Assembly (NCBI GenBank): GCA_964016885.1
Contig: OZ024746.1
Location: forward strand, 35,092,001 to 35,156,000
Length of the DNA stretch: 64,000 nucleotides
Direction: 5' to 3'
Origin: Eledone cirrhosa
Lineage: Eukaryota
The translations under genes were made by a program, and so were the position numbers. Below the pieces are notes generated by a model that saw nothing but the letters and a program-made list of their open reading frames with translations, was not told where the DNA came from and ran no database searches. Below, piece by piece: positions 47,401-62,403 of the stretch; the stretch's first letter is position 1, and the number at the start of each line of letters is the position of its first letter.

Positions 47401-47451
47401 AGATTCCTGATGATTTCTAATGAATGAAACAGTTCTAGTCCTGTAGAATCT
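47401..47451 (+). ncRNA. Type I hammerhead ribozyme in PLE terminal repeat
   Basis: agattc-CTGATGA-tttctaatgaat-GAAA-cagttctagtcctg-TA-gaatct; identical core on the minus strand at 40345-40395. Confidence 0.88.
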
Positions 47452-47534
47452 CTTCTATATTAAAACTATATATATATATATATATATATATAATCAACAA
47501 CAAAGAACGCATAGAGCATAGGTATATATTTACT

Positions 47535-47580
47535 TGCTAACAGTGTTTCGTCCACACTATAAGTGGGACTCATCAGAGCA
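47535..47580 (-). ncRNA. Hammerhead ribozyme in fold-back mini-element (47492-47755)
   Basis: tgct-CTGATGA-gtcccacttatagtgtggac-GAAAC-act-GTT-agca; partial inverted copy at ~47638-47665. Confidence 0.82.
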
Positions 47581-47752
47581 TAAAGAGTGATTACATATTA
47601 CACAAGCAATAACAAAGCCAAGACAGAAAATATATATACTCTTTATGCTCTGATGAGTCCCACTAATATTACGGCTCTGTCCTCAGACATCGAGCTAACC
47701 TTATACTGCCTATTAGATAAGTGGAGTGTTACACACTCCTAATCCCCTCCCT

Positions 47753-47754
<2 letters not shown>

Positions 47755-47833
<79 letters not shown>

Positions 47834-47902
47834 CATATACATATATATATATATACATATATATACATATATATATATATACATATATATACGTATATAT
47901 AC

Positions 47903-47935
<33 letters not shown>

Positions 47936-48185
47936 CATATATATATACATATATATATATAAATACATATATATATACATATATATATATACATATATAT
48001 ATATACTTCTATATATATATATATACATATATACATATTTATATATATATATATATATATATACATACATATATATACATATATTATATACATATATACA
48101 TATATATATATATACATATACATATATATATACATATACATATACATATATATATATATACATATATATATACATATATATATAC

Positions 48186-48234
<49 letters not shown>

Positions 48235-48251
48235 CATATATGTATACATAT

Positions 48252-48285
<34 letters not shown>

Positions 48286-48553
48286 ATATATACATATACA
48301 TATATATATATACATATACATATATATATACATATACATATATATATATACATATATATATATACATATATATATATACATATATATATACATATATATA
48401 TATAAATACATATATATACATATATATATACATATATATATATAAATACATATATATATACATATATATATATACATATATATATATACATATATACATA
48501 TATATATACTTATATATATATATATATACATATATACATATATATATACTTAA

Positions 48554-48624
<71 letters not shown>

Positions 48625-48639
48625 CATATATATATATAC

Positions 48640-48685
<46 letters not shown>

Positions 48686-48778
48686 TCATATATATATATA
48701 CATATATATATACATATATATATACATATATATATACATATATATATACATATATATATACATATATATATATATATA
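47755..48778. repeat. ~1-kb compound (TA)n/(TACA) microsatellite; many similar tracts elsewhere (e.g. 874-1128, 3160-3570, 11485-11920, 38985-39275, 39770-40260)
   Basis: Direct inspection. Confidence 0.95.
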
Positions 48779-49105
48779 GAAAAAGAGATGAAATCGAAAA
48801 TGCAACTGAAGTCTTATTTTTCTTTTTTTTTTTTTTTAAATATATATATTTATTTGGTTCCTTTACCGGTTTCGCAGTTCTTCTTTCGCAGATGTGAGAA
48901 TAACCACAGACCCTCCATCTCAACTCACCTTTTGAAAAGCAGAAGAACTGCGAAACCGGTAAAGGAACCAAATAAATATATATATTTAAAAATTAAAAAA
49001 AATTAAAAAAAATAAGACTTCAGTTGCATTTTCGATTTCATCTCTTTTTCTTTATACTTCCACTCGTGTAGGACACCTGGGTTATTTTTCATTTTGTAAA
49101 AAAAA
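48778..49105. mobile_element. Fold-back mini-element with decayed HHR
   Basis: Arms ~48778-48883 / ~48941-49051; cctt-tTGAAAA-gcagaagaactgc-GAAA-ccgg-TA-aagg at 48928-48965 (CUGANGA box mutated). Confidence 0.7.
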
Positions 49106-49117
49106 CCTCACTTTCTA

Positions 49118-50149
<1,032 letters not shown>

Positions 50150-51619
50150 GTTTAATTGTCATTACGAGTAATACGAGGTGTGAAATACGAAAAGAGGAAT
50201 CATAACGTCTGATGCACGAAATGATTGAATTATGATTTAAAGCTTCCACTTTCGGTTATTCCCCGATTTTAAATGGAAATGCACAGCTTGATTTTGCTCA
50301 AGAATATTTGAAATGTGTCTATCAATAAGATTATTTAATACAAGTCAGTGAATAGTGTGTGCATCATTCCCGTTGTATACCTACTAATATTGAAAGATCA
50401 CCATATATATAATTTAAAAAAGTAAATACCGCTCAAATTATTTTGCTATAAAATAATTATGTAGAAATAATGGCTGCCTCTGTGTAGATGCTACAGAAAG
50501 CAATGTGAATGATTCCTTTCGCCATTTATCTTTATGAAAATAAGTGTATTACTCATTTGGTTTGAGAACTTTTAGTGTCTGTATAATGACATTATTTCTG
50601 ACTTACGATTGATGGTGTTTTCATTGTAGAACACAATATCGGCTTTCTCAAACGGGCAATGGTGATAAATATATCTTCGTTCGTTGTATGGCCTTACAAA
50701 CTCAATATATTTCTATTTTTTATGGAAATTTATGTTCTCAATTTATGTTCCAAAATACATTTGAATAAATTTACGGCTGATTTTCTCTCTTTAGAATGTT
50801 AAAGGTATATTTGTGTCAATTGTATCATACTATAATGAATTCATCGTCAAAATATATGATTTTTCGTGCTTGAACCATTTTTATAGACATCATTAGAATA
50901 CATATAAGTTGCAACTAGCTACACAATAGCCGTTTCAAGAAGTGTATTGATGCAATTATATATGTACTATTGATAACAATCATCGAGGTTATAAATGTTT
51001 TATTGTTAATCTTAGCATAATGATGTGGCAAAATTCTCTGTAGCGAAATAAGTAGTTTCAATATCGTTTCCATTGAAATAATGCATGTAAATGTGTAATT
51101 GAGACAAACGTATTTCTATTAACTTAGAATAAACTTTTGCAATTCTAGTGCATACACCTTATTTCCATATACTGCTATGCTAAAGAATATTGCAATTTCT
51201 AATATTACGTTGATACGCAATAAATGTTATGTGTTTTAAATAAACACAAATATATCTTGTAGAGTATAACAAGGGATATATATATTGCATTTCAACGTTG
51301 CATTTCATCCATTCGAGTTCGATAAAAAAAAGAGCCAGTCCAGTCCTAGGGTTGATTCTTCTTCTATATTTTCCCATTACCTCTCACACACTTTCCATCC
51401 TTCTCATGCTCATACCTGGAGAAGGATGGGCTCCCTCAGGATTAGTATACCCCAGGAACGTCTAATGCCAATACATTGACCATCGATTCCATCAAGAGTT
51501 ACAGGACCATGCTTTAGGTAATGTGTCTCTATCATGTTATGTAATTTTATTATCTGCACCATCTTTATTATCATATCCTTCTGTTCTGCTTCTTTGGAAG
51601 AGTTTTCCATGTTTTCCAA

Positions 51620-51778
51620 CATAGGCTTATGGTCCTTTATGTACTGAGTTCACATATTGCAGAGGTTAACTTTGCCATCCGTCTTTACAGGTTGGATAAA
51701 ATAAAGCAGCAATAGTGTACTGGGGTAATTGCTGGCCTTATGCTGAAAGTAGAAACAATTATTATAAGAAATATTATG
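51620..51778 (+). mobile_element. tRNA-derived SINE with ATT-rich tail
   Basis: gagttcaca..gaggttaactttgcc..gataaaataaag..gtaattgctggcctt..gtagaaacaattattat. Confidence 0.75.
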
Positions 51779-51779
51779 G

Positions 51780-52465
51780 CGGGGAGGGAGCTGTTGGTTA
51801 CACTACAGGCACGGAGGTGTGGCCAGGCGGACGTGTCAGACATGCGCCCAGAGTGATGAAACCTTTCTGCATGCATTCATCCAGTATCCGTGCATGAATG
51901 ACTTGTGGAGTTATGTCAAACAGCTGTTATCGCGTGGTGTGGGACGGATCCGGCTATCGACCGCGTCCGCAGAACAACCCACCGTATTCTTTGGCCGGAA
52001 GGGCACATAGTTTTCCTCTCCCTGGTGGTTGCGTGATGGACCACGTTGAAAAGATTGAAGACAGACACTTTTCTTTTCGGCCAATCCCTCATGAACCTTT
52101 TCACATTTCACTTGGAAATAAAGGTGAGGGTGGTGAGCAAAGTGCTTCCTCCAGTACATTCTGTTAAAAGCTGGATGAATCTTGTGAGGAAGGCCCTTGT
52201 GATTAGGCCTACTCTAACCATGCATCTGTAGACTGGCTGATTTTTAGACAAGAGGCGCCCTCTTTCAGATGCTCTTGGATCCTTGAGTGATTCAGGATTG
52301 ATGAGGTTCCTGAGTTATCCTATTGGGGAATTTTCATCGCTCATTATTCTTTTGTTAATTGATATTTGTTAATTTGTTTTTACTCGAGATTATAGTAAAC
52401 CTCCTGTATCTCTGTTTATTTTATGGGTCCCCTATACGTCGGCCTCTGTGACCAATAAAGAAACT
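51780..52465 (+). mobile_element. Tx1/L1-clade LINE 3' fragment
   Basis: CQTCAQSDETFLHAFIQYP and LKTDTF..LMNLFTFHLE align with 58740-59156; similar 3' UTR (cctattggggaattttcat..aataaagaaa). Confidence 0.8.
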
Positions 52466-52484
52466 ATTAATTTTGTTTTCATTT

Positions 52485-53415
52485 ATCTTGCTTTATGTTC
52501 ATACGAGTTACCATCAAGTCACAACCAGTGATCTCAAGAGACAACAAGGTCTGCCGTGCCCATGAAAAACATATCCACACACACGTGTATCTTTAGGTGT
52601 TAATACTTGTGATATATTCATATTGGCAGAATCTTTCTTAGTATATGGGCAGTTCCCATTAGTGCTGTTTTTTGTATTTCTTCTATATGCGGATTTCCTG
52701 GGATTTTGGATAAGCAAGCATTAAGCCCTTTAGTTATCATTCCTAGAACACCTACAGCCACTGGTATTGTTTTACTTCTCACCTTTCACATTTTTGCAAT
52801 CTCTATTTCCAGGTCTTTATACTTGCTCAATTTTTCAAATGTTTTTGTAGTTACATTCTTCTCTATAGCAACAGTCATGACAATTAGCAATCATACTCTC
52901 TTTTTAAAGTCCTTCATTATTTAAAATCCTTCATATTATATCAGATCTATTTGCATCTATTTTTCGCTCTGTTAGGATGTTAAAATTCCACAAAATTAAG
53001 ATGGGATCTTTTTCAAGTACGGGAGGTGGTTGATGCTCCCACCATTTCTTTTGATGGGGCAGGACAAAATGCTTACACATTACCCAATGTGTGCAGATCT
53101 GGCGTGCCTGTTTAGGTATTCGGTTGGAACAATAGGACTGCACATTGAGATTATATGACCTATGGTCTCTGGTTAATTTTTTCATACACTGCATAATGGG
53201 CTGCATCCATTTTTTATGATGTTGGCTTGATAATGTATTGTTACATACACTGATCTTCTGCTTATATAATCAGTCCTTCAGTCTCCGATTTCATTGCAGA
53301 GGATGCCAACCACTGATGGGTTAAAGTTTTGTCAACATCAGGATTGCAAGTTCTTTCTGGGTATTTTTCATACAGAGACTTTTCTTGCCATTTCATAGCC
53401 ACTTTCTTTAGTAGT
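52485..53415 (-). mobile_element. R4/Dong-like LINE 3' fragment
   Basis: Colinear with 59430-60320 (HQWL, WWEHQP, DANRSDII, YKDLEIEI, LMGTAHILRK). Confidence 0.8.
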
Positions 53416-53417
53416 CC

Positions 53418-53469
<52 letters not shown>

Positions 53470-53685
53470 GGCGACCTACGTAGTAAATCGTATTATCGTG
53501 AGCTCCGCAAAGGTTTGTTATTTTCAGTTGTTTAAAATTGCCATTTATGGAGAACTTTTATTGTTAACTGTATATAAGTGCACATACATTGTTTTCTGAA
53601 AAGGACAGTCAAAAAGATTGGGGCCTGGTGCCCAAAATTTAAACTTTTATAATTATTAAAAAAAAAAGATTTTCTTTGAAAAATC

Positions 53686-55713
53686 ATGGACGACTCACAG
53701 CTGCACCAAGTAGCCGAGAGCCTTCCTCACAAACTAACACCTCACACCGACACCACAATTGTAAATATTACTACGTTTGCCAACACTAAAAATATAAGCA
53801 GTAGCAATATTTTTAATTTGTCTCATGCAGACATTCATTTCCCGCCATTACCAATGACTGCAGGTGTTGAAGTCGCTAACCCCACCACCACCACACCGAC
53901 AACAGAAACAAAAGAAAAAAATATATTATCTCGTGATATCGAAATGAACTCTTCCACACCGAACACCACTGACGCCACCACCACCACAACTGAAACTAAA
54001 ATTAACAATAACAAAAATAACGATAACAACAACAGCAACAATGAAATTAAGAAAACTACCCTGTCTTTTGCGAAGCGATCCAAATAACTCAGGAGGAATT
54101 AGAAGAAGCCAATAGAATGGTAAAGAAAGATGGGTACAGGGTCAGCCTCACCCCCACCCAGCCCCCACCTAATAAAATGGAGCATTGTCGCCTATGCACC
54201 GTGTCTTATCGGACAATTAACATAAAATAGCGCCGAGTAGAACGGGCATCCGAGTCCCAAATCCAAAAAGCTTTGGGACATGTGTGAGCAGAGAAAATCC
54301 ACATCAGACGTTGGCAGAAATATGGAACCGTGGACGCGTTCTTTGAAACACCACAGGCGGCCGGAGAACACTCCAAGGCCCTATTAAAAAGTGACGACTT
54401 AACACTCGTCCCAAGCTATTGTGGCCAGAGACTTGTGAAGATCAGGGTGACCCACATTCCACCGGCCATCGAAATTCCCTGGCTAATGGCTGCCGTCCTC
54501 GCCGGCATCAAAGCCAACACCAAGAAAATCGAAATAGCGAAAGAAAAGCAGGAGAACTGGTCCGGATCTGAGATTGAGCTTCTGATCCAAGCGGACCATA
54601 AAAGCATTGATGAGATCCCAGAGGTAATAGACCTCACTGACGGCAGCCACCTCACCGGAATCGTCGAGGGCAGAAGACCTAGGTGTGTCGTTTGTGGTGA
54701 AGGAACCCACCTAAGGGCTTTCTGCCCTCAGGCTAAAAGGTTGAGACCACATCTCTTACCCAACCCAGTGACTCTACCATCAACACCACCAGCAACAGAG
54801 ATGGCAGAAACAACTGTAGCAGCAACAACAGAAGCAACTGTAACAGCAACAACCGCAGCAACAGTAGCAAAATCAACACCACCACCACCCAACGCCCCAG
54901 AACTAGCACCACGCCTACACCATCCACGACGCCACAACCAAAACCAACGCCTGTGGAGGATTTTCCACTCCCCGCCCTATCGCAACTGCAAACAGATTGT
55001 GACGACGAGGAGTGGGAAACGGTATCAGGAAAAAATAAAAAAATAAACCAAAAAAGAAAAATTCTCTCCCCTCTCCCTCCAAAAACAAAATACAGGGGTA
55101 AACAAATAAACTATCAAACAAAAAAGTTAGGACATATCTGCCACCATCCACACCAGCATCACCAACCGCATCACCACAAACACCAACACCATCACCATCA
55201 TTAACCCCAACACCACCATCACCAACACCACAAAAGTCGCCAAAAAGCGTAACAGAAACAAACCCACAACAAACGCATACAAAACAAAACAACCAAAACG
55301 ATACACACTACACAGCATTAAATTTGAAATCCCGCCGAGGTTGACTTTGCCTTTCATCCTTACAGGGTCGATAAAATAAAGTACCAGTAATGCACTGGGT
55401 AATTGCTGGCCTTGTGCCTAAAGTAGAAACAATTAAATTTGAACAACAACCAATTATTACATTACATCCAACACAACACCAGCATCACAGAAAAGGACTA
55501 CACAACAACCCAAAAGTTCACACCACCTCCACACATACAAATCACTCGCTCACACAGAAAACGTACACGACACTAAAACAAAAATTCCCCAAAGACATCG
55601 GAGACTTCCGACAAACACTCTCCAGGAGGATTTATAAGAACATCCTTCCGGAGGAGGCCACAGGCAGTGAAAAGGATGGACAAACCATCCTTCCTCTACG
55701 AGAAGTAGGGTAA
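53686..55713 (+). pseudogene. LINE ORF1 (gag-like, CCHC zinc knuckle), disrupted
   Basis: CVVCGEGTHLRAFC (CX2CX4HX4C) in ORF 54330-55046; Thr/Pro-rich low-complexity flanks; stops, frameshifts and a SINE insertion. Confidence 0.7.
55329..55431 (+). mobile_element. 5'-truncated SINE inside LINE ORF1 with 12-bp TSD
   Basis: attaaatttgaa at 55317-55328 and 55432-55443. Confidence 0.85.
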
Positions 55714-55746
55714 GTGTTTTTCCCATCTTTTCCACTCCATTTCAAC

Positions 55747-58700
55747 ATGACCTCACTCAGAATAGGCAGCATAAATGCGCGTGGCTTGGGGTCGTCATGG
55801 AAGCAGGGCCATCTGCTCAACGACCTCAGGTCACTAAACATAGATGTAGTGGCCATCAGCGAGACCACAATCTCCGAAGCACGGGCATTCGCACCGATCT
55901 TCGGCGGCTACGATGTGTACGCATCTCCCAGCCGTCCGGGATCGGGGGAAGAAGTTGCTGTGCTTTTTCGGAGAGGTTAGGATCTCGCCATACGGGCCAT
56001 CTTCCTGGACCCAGAAGGTAAGTTGGTGGTGCTAGACGTGACCAGCGGAGACGGCCAAGCTTTCAGGCTAGTGGCCGTCTATGCCCCGACAGGAGCAGGG
56101 CGGCCTGATTTCTTCCGGCGTCTGGAGACCTTTCTTGGAACGTCCCGCTCTTTAGAGTTAGTGGGCGACTGGAACGGGATCTTAGATGCACGCTGGGACT
56201 GTGTGGGATTAGCGGATAGGGGAGGAGGGTGCAGGAGCCTCACCAACCTGCTCAGGCGTTTTGAACTGTCTGACAGGTACCGATTGGATTTCCCGAATGT
56301 GCCAATGTGGACTTGGACAAATCGCATAGGGTCATCCAGATCATATCTAGATAGAGTATTTTGTAGGGAAATAGATAGGTCTAGCATAGGCTGTCCACAA
56401 TTCAAGATAGTCAGCTGCACGGACCACAAATTCGTGATCTGTGTGCTTGACTTAGATAGGCTTCATAGACGAGGACCAGGCTACTGGAAGCTAAACGCGT
56501 CCTTACCAGCGCGCAAGGCCTACAGAGACCGGATTAGCGAACTAGTTAAGCGGGCGTTGACGGGGGCCATCGTCAACACAAGTGGTGGTTTGCTCTGAAA
56601 AGAGCGATTAGAATAGAGTCCATTAGATTTAGTAAGGCTCTAGCAATAGAGAAAAATAGAGAAGAGGGAGAACTAGTTAGAACATTAGACGAGGCGCTTA
56701 GCAAATGCATCGCGACTGACGTACTTGCGGCGAAATTGGCCCTTGACCAATCCTTCAATGCAAAGCATGAAGGCTGCGTTGTCAGAGCTAGGGTGCGTGC
56801 TCTCAGATACGAGGGGACGAAAGCCGTTCAATGGGCCCGAGTGGCGGAGGCGCGTTGTGACAACAAAGCCACGATCCGTCTTTGGTGGACCACGACGGGC
56901 GCATGCTACTCGATCCCGGGCAAATGTGTGAAGCTTTCCAGCGACACTTCGCACAGCTGTTCGGGGGCAGCGGCGGGACGAATCGACGGATACTTTAGTG
57001 TCTACCTCGATGGACTGCCGCGGCTCTCGGCCACTGAGGCGGAGTGTTGCGAAAAGCCGATAACAGCCGCTGAAGTACGGGAGGCAATGATTGGCTGCAC
57101 AAGGGGTAAATCGCCTGGTTTAGATGGTCTGCCCTATGAACTTTACGTACAGAAGCCAGACTTGTTCGGAGGCCTCTTGGCGGACGTGTACTGCAACTGG
57201 CAACAGAACGGGACAATTCCCAGCTCTGTGAGCCGAGGAGCTGTGGCGCTGCTGAGAAAGGATCCGAACAAGGAGGATAACATAGATAATTTCAGGCCCA
57301 TAACTCTGCTAAACACAGAGTTCAAGATTTTGGCCAAGGTGCTAGGAAAGAGGTTGGCGCTTGTCGTTGGTGGTCTGGTGGGAGAGGCGAAGACGTGCGC
57401 CATTCCCGACAGATCCATCCACGACAAACTCCACCTCATGCAATACATCGTAGAGATGGTAGCTAGGGAACCTGGCACGGGTGGGTCCTTGATCAATTAG
57501 ATCAGTCTAAAGCTTTCGATAGCGTCGACCATCGTTACCGAGCGGTAGTCCTGAGGGCCGCTGGCTTTGGGCCCGTCTTCAGAGGCTAGATCGCTGCCAT
57601 GCACAGCGACATCTGCTCTGTGGTGAGAGTGAATGGTCCCCTTTCGGAACCGTCCAATAACATGCGCTCGGTCTGCCAGGGATGTACCCTCTCGTCCCTC
57701 TCGTACGTATTGACTCTCGAGCCATTACTGCACAAACTGGAGACGTTTAGGGGGTTTCGCGCGAACAAGGATGCGGAAGATCTGTGTCAGCATATGCGGA
57801 CGATGTCTCCGTAGTGGTGTCGAACGCCAAACACATCGAGGCGATCGGCGCTACTCTAAGATAATACAAAGCGGTGACAGGAGCAATGAACCAGAAAAAG
57901 TCAGTGGGCCTGCAGCTCGGCACCTGGAGAGGCAGGTCCATGTCGTCCAACAGCGTCGTCGGGCGCGGGACGGACGGACCGGTTAAATTGCTAGGGGTCT
58001 GGTTCGGTCCGGACCTCCAGACGGACAAACACTGGGACGAGGTGAAGAGCAGGGTGGCTTCTCTCACCCAGAAATGGGCGGGGAGGAAGATATCCTTGAA
58101 AGGTCGAGCGGAGGTGGCTAACGCGTAGATCGAGTCCGTCATCTACTACCGCCTGACCGTCGTAATTTGTCGTAAGCCTCGCCTGACTGAGCTGAAGCGT
58201 TTGCTCTTTCGCTTTTTGTGGAAGGGACGCGCTCCGATGCTCAGGCTGTCCATCTGCTGTCAACACCCGCTATGTGGAGGGCTGGGTATGCCATGGCTGA
58301 TGATGCGCAGACACGCGCTCAGGCTACGACATCTCCACCTCTTGCTCGACGGTGATCAGGTGTGGTCGCTGTTTGCTAGACACGTCTTTCCCCAGAGCGT
58401 CTCCTTGACGGAGCTGCAGTCCTGGGTCAAGCGAAGACCGAGAGGGAGCGCTTGGAGACTGGAATGTATTCAGGCGCTCACAGCCCTCGACCAATCGGGC
58501 AATGTGATCGGTGGAAACTCCACCTTGGCGTTCTATACAGGATTAGTGGAGGGGAAGGGCGACGACGTACTTGGTAAAACTCTAGGCGTCGACGAAAATC
58601 AACTAGCCAATCTCTTCGGAAGGACTTTCGGGCCGGGGCCTATGGACAACTTCCAGAAATCCCTGGCCTGGCAGTGCTACCGAGGAGCTTTGCCTGTTCG

Positions 58701-59156
58701 GGATAAATTCTACAGGCATGGAGGTGCCGTCAGCCGGGCATGTCTGAGATGCGTGCAGGGCGACGAAACCGACCTGCACGCACTCGTCCAGTATCCGAGC
58801 ATGCTGAGTTGTGGGTTTATGTCGAACACCTGCTGTCACGTGTAGGACGGATCCAGCTATCAGCTGACTCCATCGTGAGGATTGCCCGGCCCTCTTCCTT
58901 TAGCCGGGAAGGGTAGGGAGTTTTTATATGTCTGGTGGTCATGGCGAAAGAGATAGTATGGTGGACACGTTTGAAAGGGCTGAAGACGAGCACTTACCAC
59001 TTTGGTGATGCCCTGATTAACTTTTTCAAATTTCATTTGAAAAGCAAAATCAGGGTAGAGAGGGAAGTGCTCACTTCCCAGCATTTTGTTGAAAGATGGG
59101 TGAGAGAAGCAAGTATGGCCCGAGTGAATGGGCCTACTCTGAGTATATGTCTGTAA
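55747..59156 (+). pseudogene. LINE ORF2: AP endonuclease + reverse transcriptase + C-terminal zinc finger, multiple stops and frameshifts
   Basis: SINARGL, ISET, VYAP, GDWN, SYLDRV, TDHK, GYWKLN, KSPGLDG, NFRPITLLNTEFKILAK, QGCTLS, AYADDV, GGLGMP, CLRC..ETDLHAL. Confidence 0.92.
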
Positions 59157-59429
59157 ATTAAAGGTGGAAAACTGGGAGAGGGTACTTTCCCTGGTGGTCA
59201 GGGTCACTGTGGCCTTTTAATTGGCTTTCTCCACAAATGTCCCTCGAAAGTCTCTCCCCTATTGGGGAATTTTTCATTGTTATTTTTTATTACATCCTCT
59301 CTTTTTTTACACGCAGAAATGCCCATTTGAACCGTCCTGTATTGTCCTGTACTGTCCTTAATGTCTACTTTATGTAACACCTTGTGGTTAATAAAGAAAA
59401 CATTATTATTATTATTATTATTATTATAG

Positions 59430-62240
59430 TTGCATCTATCTTGCTTTATGTTCATACGATTTATCACCAAGTCACAATTAGTGACATTAAGAGACAACAG
59501 GGTCCGCCATGTTCAAGAAAGAACATACATACACACACATGCATCTTTAGGTGTTTAAACTTGCGATGTACTTATATTGACAGAATCTTCCTTAGTATAT
59601 GGGCAGTTCCCATTAGTACTAACTTTTGTATTTCTCCTATACGCGGGTTTCCTGGGATTTGCGATAAGTAATCATTAGACCCCTTAGGTATCATTCCTAG
59701 AGCGCCTACAAACACTGGTATTGTTTTAGTTCTCAGTTTCCACATTTTTCCAATTTCTATCTCCAGGTCCTTATACTTGCTCAATTTTTCAAATGTTTAT
59801 ATAGATACATTCCTGTCTATTGGAACGGACATATCAATTAGCAGGCATACCTTCTTTTTAAAGTCCTTCAGTATTATATCAGGTATACTTGCATCTATTT
59901 TCCGGTCTGTTTGGATGCTAAAGTTCCACAAGATTGAGATGTGATCTTTTTCAAGTATGGGAAGTGGTTGATGCTCCACCAATTCTTTTCATGGGGCAGG
60001 TCAAAATGCTTACACATTATCCATTGTATGTATTGTGCAGCTCTGTCATGCCTGTTTAGGTATTCGGTTGGAGCTATAGGACTGCACATTGAAATTATAT
60101 GATCAATGGTCTCTGGTTGTTTTTTTATTATGTTGACTTGGTAATTTTTTGTTGGCAGAGACTGATCTTGTGCTGATATAATCAGTCCTTCAGTCTCAAA
60201 TTTCAGTCCAGAGGATGCCAGCCACTGATGGGTTGAAGTTTTGTCAACATCAGGATTGTTAGCTCTTTCTGGGTATTTTCCATTCAGAGGCTTTTCTTGC
60301 CATTTCTTAGCCAGTTTCTGTAGCAGGTCTTTCTTTGCAGTTATTTTTACCTACTTTGCTTTTTCTGTGTTTTCCATTTCAGCAGTAAATGGGACTTCTG
60401 AAATTTGTAGTCCATTACTGTATCTTTGTGCATCTTTTGTAATGGAGTATGATCTTTTGATGCTTTCGTGTTTCAAAACGAATTTGATCATCCAATCATG
60501 TGATTCCCTTAGATATGTAGATAATCCAATTGTTGCAGTTTTAAATGCAATATCTAACTGGATTAACCAACGTCCTCCTTCTTTCCTAGGGAGATATATT
60601 CTATCTGTATCTGCCTTAGGGTGATGCATTCTGTGCATGGTTAAGAATTTTCTAATTTTTGTATCCAGCCTACGGATCTCTGTGCTTGACTAGTTGATGA
60701 CATTGTAACTGTAGGTTACTACTGGTATGGCAAGCGTGTTTGTGGCATCGATCCTATTCCTTGCATTCAATTCCGTTCTTAAGATTGCCCTTACTCTGCG
60801 GTAACATCCTTTCCCTCATTGTCGAGTGCTTGATTCCGTCTCCTTCACAAACACTTAGATATTTGTGAGTTTCCTCTTCATCAAGTTCTCTTATCACATT
60901 TCCCCGATCAAGATTAATGTCTGAACTTTTCAGCAGCTTTCCTCTGGTGAACGTTGCTTTGGTGCATTTATCTAGTCAAAACTCCATTTTAATGTCATCA
61001 CTGAACTGCTTCACAGTGGATAATAGTCATTGCAATTGTTCATCAATTTTGTAAATAGTTTCAGGTCATCCATGTAGAACAAGTAATTAATGGTTTTGTC
61101 ATAGACTTTATATCCATGTTTTGTTTCATTGAGCATTTTATTTAATGGTATTAGTGCGATGCAGAATAAAAGCGGTGATAAAGAGTCACTCTGAAAAATT
61201 CAACAATTAATATTAACTTCTCCAGCTTCCAGTGATATTTTTTCACTATTCAAAAGGAGTGTCGTTTTCCATGTCTTCATACTGAATGACAGGAACCTCC
61301 TGACAACGGGAGATATTTTGAAAATGTCTAAACATTTTTCAATCCAACTGTGTAGCAAACTATCGAATGCTTTTTTATAATCTATCCAAGCAATTGATAG
61401 ATTTTTGTATCTATTATGACAATCTTTCAGTATCATTTTGTTAACCAAAAGCTGATCTTTACAGCCATATGAGCCTCAATTACACCATTTCTGCTCATTG
61501 GTAAATAGATCATTTGTTATCTGGTGGTCATATGTATATTCAGTTAGGACTGATGTTAAAATGTTATACATTGTAGTCAAGCAAGTTATCGGTCTGTAAT
61601 TTTTGGGATTGTTTGTCTCATCATTCTTCGGAAGTAGGTATGTAATGACGGTAACTAGCCAAACGCAACTGTTCAACTGTTATATTTTCCCGTGTTTGTT
61701 CCCCAAGGTGAGCTGTATCTTTCATTTGTCTGTCTATCCATGGGACATGTATATTATGAACTTTTTCTTCGGCCCAGATCTTTTCCCATAATTCTTGCAC
61801 TTCCTCCTTGGGTAGTATTGATTTAGCAGTTATTGTTGACTTGCCAATTTTTCTGTAGAAGTTTCTTTGCTTGTTTTTGAACATATTATTGACCTTATAG
61901 AATCTAGATCGTTTTTCAAAGCGCCTAATACGAGCAGCTTTGGCCGACACTTGTTGATTTAATACTGTATTTTCTTTTCAGTTTTCCAAGTTTAGTCTGT
62001 TTAAATATTCACCTACTTTGTAGTTTGTTAAATTTTCTATGTCAGATCGGAGAAGGTTTATTTGGCGATTGATGTTCTCTTGCCAAGTAGATTTCTTATG
62101 GGAATTCCTTTGTTTTTTCATTTTCACTCCACATAAGTGAGTGGTAACTTTAGCCGATGCATAATAGAGATGATTTAGATCAGTAATGTTTAGTTTGTTT
62201 GTGATGATAATGTTTTTGAGAATTATGTTTTTGAGAATTA
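59430..62240 (-). mobile_element. R4/Dong-like non-LTR retrotransposon (RT + RLE), disrupted and 5'-truncated
   Basis: NYRPITCL, WIDYKKAFDS, IFQSDSLSPLLFC, FYMDDLK, HHPKADTDRIYLPRKEGGR, YLNRHDR, PDII, LIDMSVP, VGALG, QKLVLMGTAHILRK; (TTA)n at both ends, matching known Dong (TAA)n targeting. Confidence 0.88.
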
Positions 62241-62261
62241 TTATTATTATTATTATTATTG

Positions 62262-62403
62262 TTCTTTGAGTCTCAGTCATTGATGTTAGTTAACTGGAAA
62301 GTTTGTTGAAATGAATATCAAGCCACTACCTGCAGCCTCAGATATATAGGACGTATCGGAATGTTCTTGCTGTTCCCAGCAAGCATGCCTTTTGAAGTGT
62401 TCC
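62262..62403 (-). mobile_element. Extreme 3' end of a second R4/Dong-like family
   Basis: Reverse strand reads GTLQKACLLGTARTFRYVLYI*; sits between two (TTA)n tracts. Confidence 0.6.

Larger units (their letters stand above)
53470..59400 (+). mobile_element. Near full-length, disrupted Tx1/L1-clade LINE inserted in (ATT)n
   Basis: ORF1 region plus APE-RT-zinc finger ORF2; (ATT)n at 53419-53469 and 59402-59427; aataaa near the 3' end. Confidence 0.88.

Noticed and set aside
51410-51622. 70-aa ATG-initiated ORF as a small gene
   Set aside because: No motif or splice support; adjacent to TE debris; length expected by chance.
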